Below are positions 18,912 through 19,749 of a stretch of DNA of 19,749 nt, piece by piece. The position numbers and the translations under genes were made by a program. The notes under the pieces were generated by a model, which saw nothing but the letters and a program-made list of their open reading frames with translations, was not told where the DNA came from and did no database searches. Each line of letters begins with the position of its first letter. Position 1 is the first letter of the stretch. Source of the DNA: Octopus sinensis (lineage: Eukaryota); the NCBI RefSeq assembly GCF_006345805.1, contig NW_021824183.1:1-19749 (forward strand), in the 5' to 3' direction.

Positions 18912-19302
18912 GTATTTATATTTAAATACACCGTGAAAATTTGTTCATTCTATAACTGTTCGCCATTGTTCTTATTGGATTTCAACAACAATTCAATGTT
19001 GTGGTTTCGTTACAGATTGGTTCTTTCTTTAAAGGGAGAAATACATCTGCGAGAAAGCAACGAACTCACATCATATTTAGAAACACATATACATACAGAT
19101 ATACATACGCACACAGAGACACATACGGAAAACTGCACTCAACCACACGCATATATATATACACACATATACACAGACACACACATGATTCTACTTCCAT
19201 ACAATCGACTCAGATACAATATTGTCCAACTCAATAAACATTTTTCTTTCTTCCATTCAAAATCTCAGATATTCCATACTGAGTAATTGGAATCTCAGTG
19301 TA

Positions 19303-19356
19303 ATATTCCAATTTAACTTACCATTTATCATATTCCAATTTAACTTACCATTTATC
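19303..19356. repeat. Perfect 27-bp tandem duplication ATATTCCAATTTAACTTACCATTTATC x2
   Basis: 19303-19329 equals 19330-19356. Confidence 0.95.
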
Positions 19357-19711
19357 TACAGAAAGAAGATAATCTATTCTCGCACAAAGATGACATATCC
19401 CAAAGCTAAATTCCATGAATGGAACTAGACGCTCGTACCAAAGAATATTATTCATAGCATTTAGATTTCCCTTTGAAATCTTCGCTTGTAATGACAGCAA
19501 TCGATTTTCAAACACTTTTCGAACTTTCAAATATGGTTAATTAGGCAAAGTATCGCTTTTATCTTTGCTTTTGTTTTGCTATATTTTTTTTTCCTGGTCC
19601 GGTTTTAAATGTCTCTCTTTTTAATTTTTTTTATATTTATCTATGTTTACATAGGCATTTGTACATTTTATATCTATATACCTAAATCCACACACTCGTC
19701 TCTCCCTCCTT

Positions 19712-19717
<6 letters not shown>

Positions 19718-19749
<32 letters not shown>
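19718..19749. repeat. (TA)n running off the window end
   Basis: Directly visible. Confidence 0.95.

Overview
This is AT-rich, repeat-dense eukaryotic non-coding DNA with no intact protein-coding gene. The SINE families resemble those I know from octopus, so a coleoid cephalopod (Octopus sp.) intron or intergenic region is likely; this is recognition, not a database result. Nearly all ORFs in the supplied track are translations of microsatellites or SINEs. Contents: (i) a degenerate 20-bp minisatellite split by a 5'-truncated L1/Tx1-type retrotransposon (ORF2 C-terminus pseudogene at 211-486); (ii) about 15 copies or fragments of at least four tRNA-derived SINE families, labelled A-D here as my own working names; (iii) a frameshifted Tc1/mariner transposase C-terminus at 11886-12147 (minus); (iv) two non-autonomous rolling-circle-type elements; (v) long microsatellites, including about 1.2 kb (CATA)n, about 0.5 kb (GAA/GGA)n and compound triplet tracts. 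The most interesting signal is the SINE at 8631-8870. It joins a Pol III tRNA-like head to a Penelope-type minimal type I hammerhead ribozyme (8770-8815). The second is an unexplained inverted repeat of about 100 bp (15083-15188 / 16118-16208) enclosing about 0.93 kb of mostly unique sequence.
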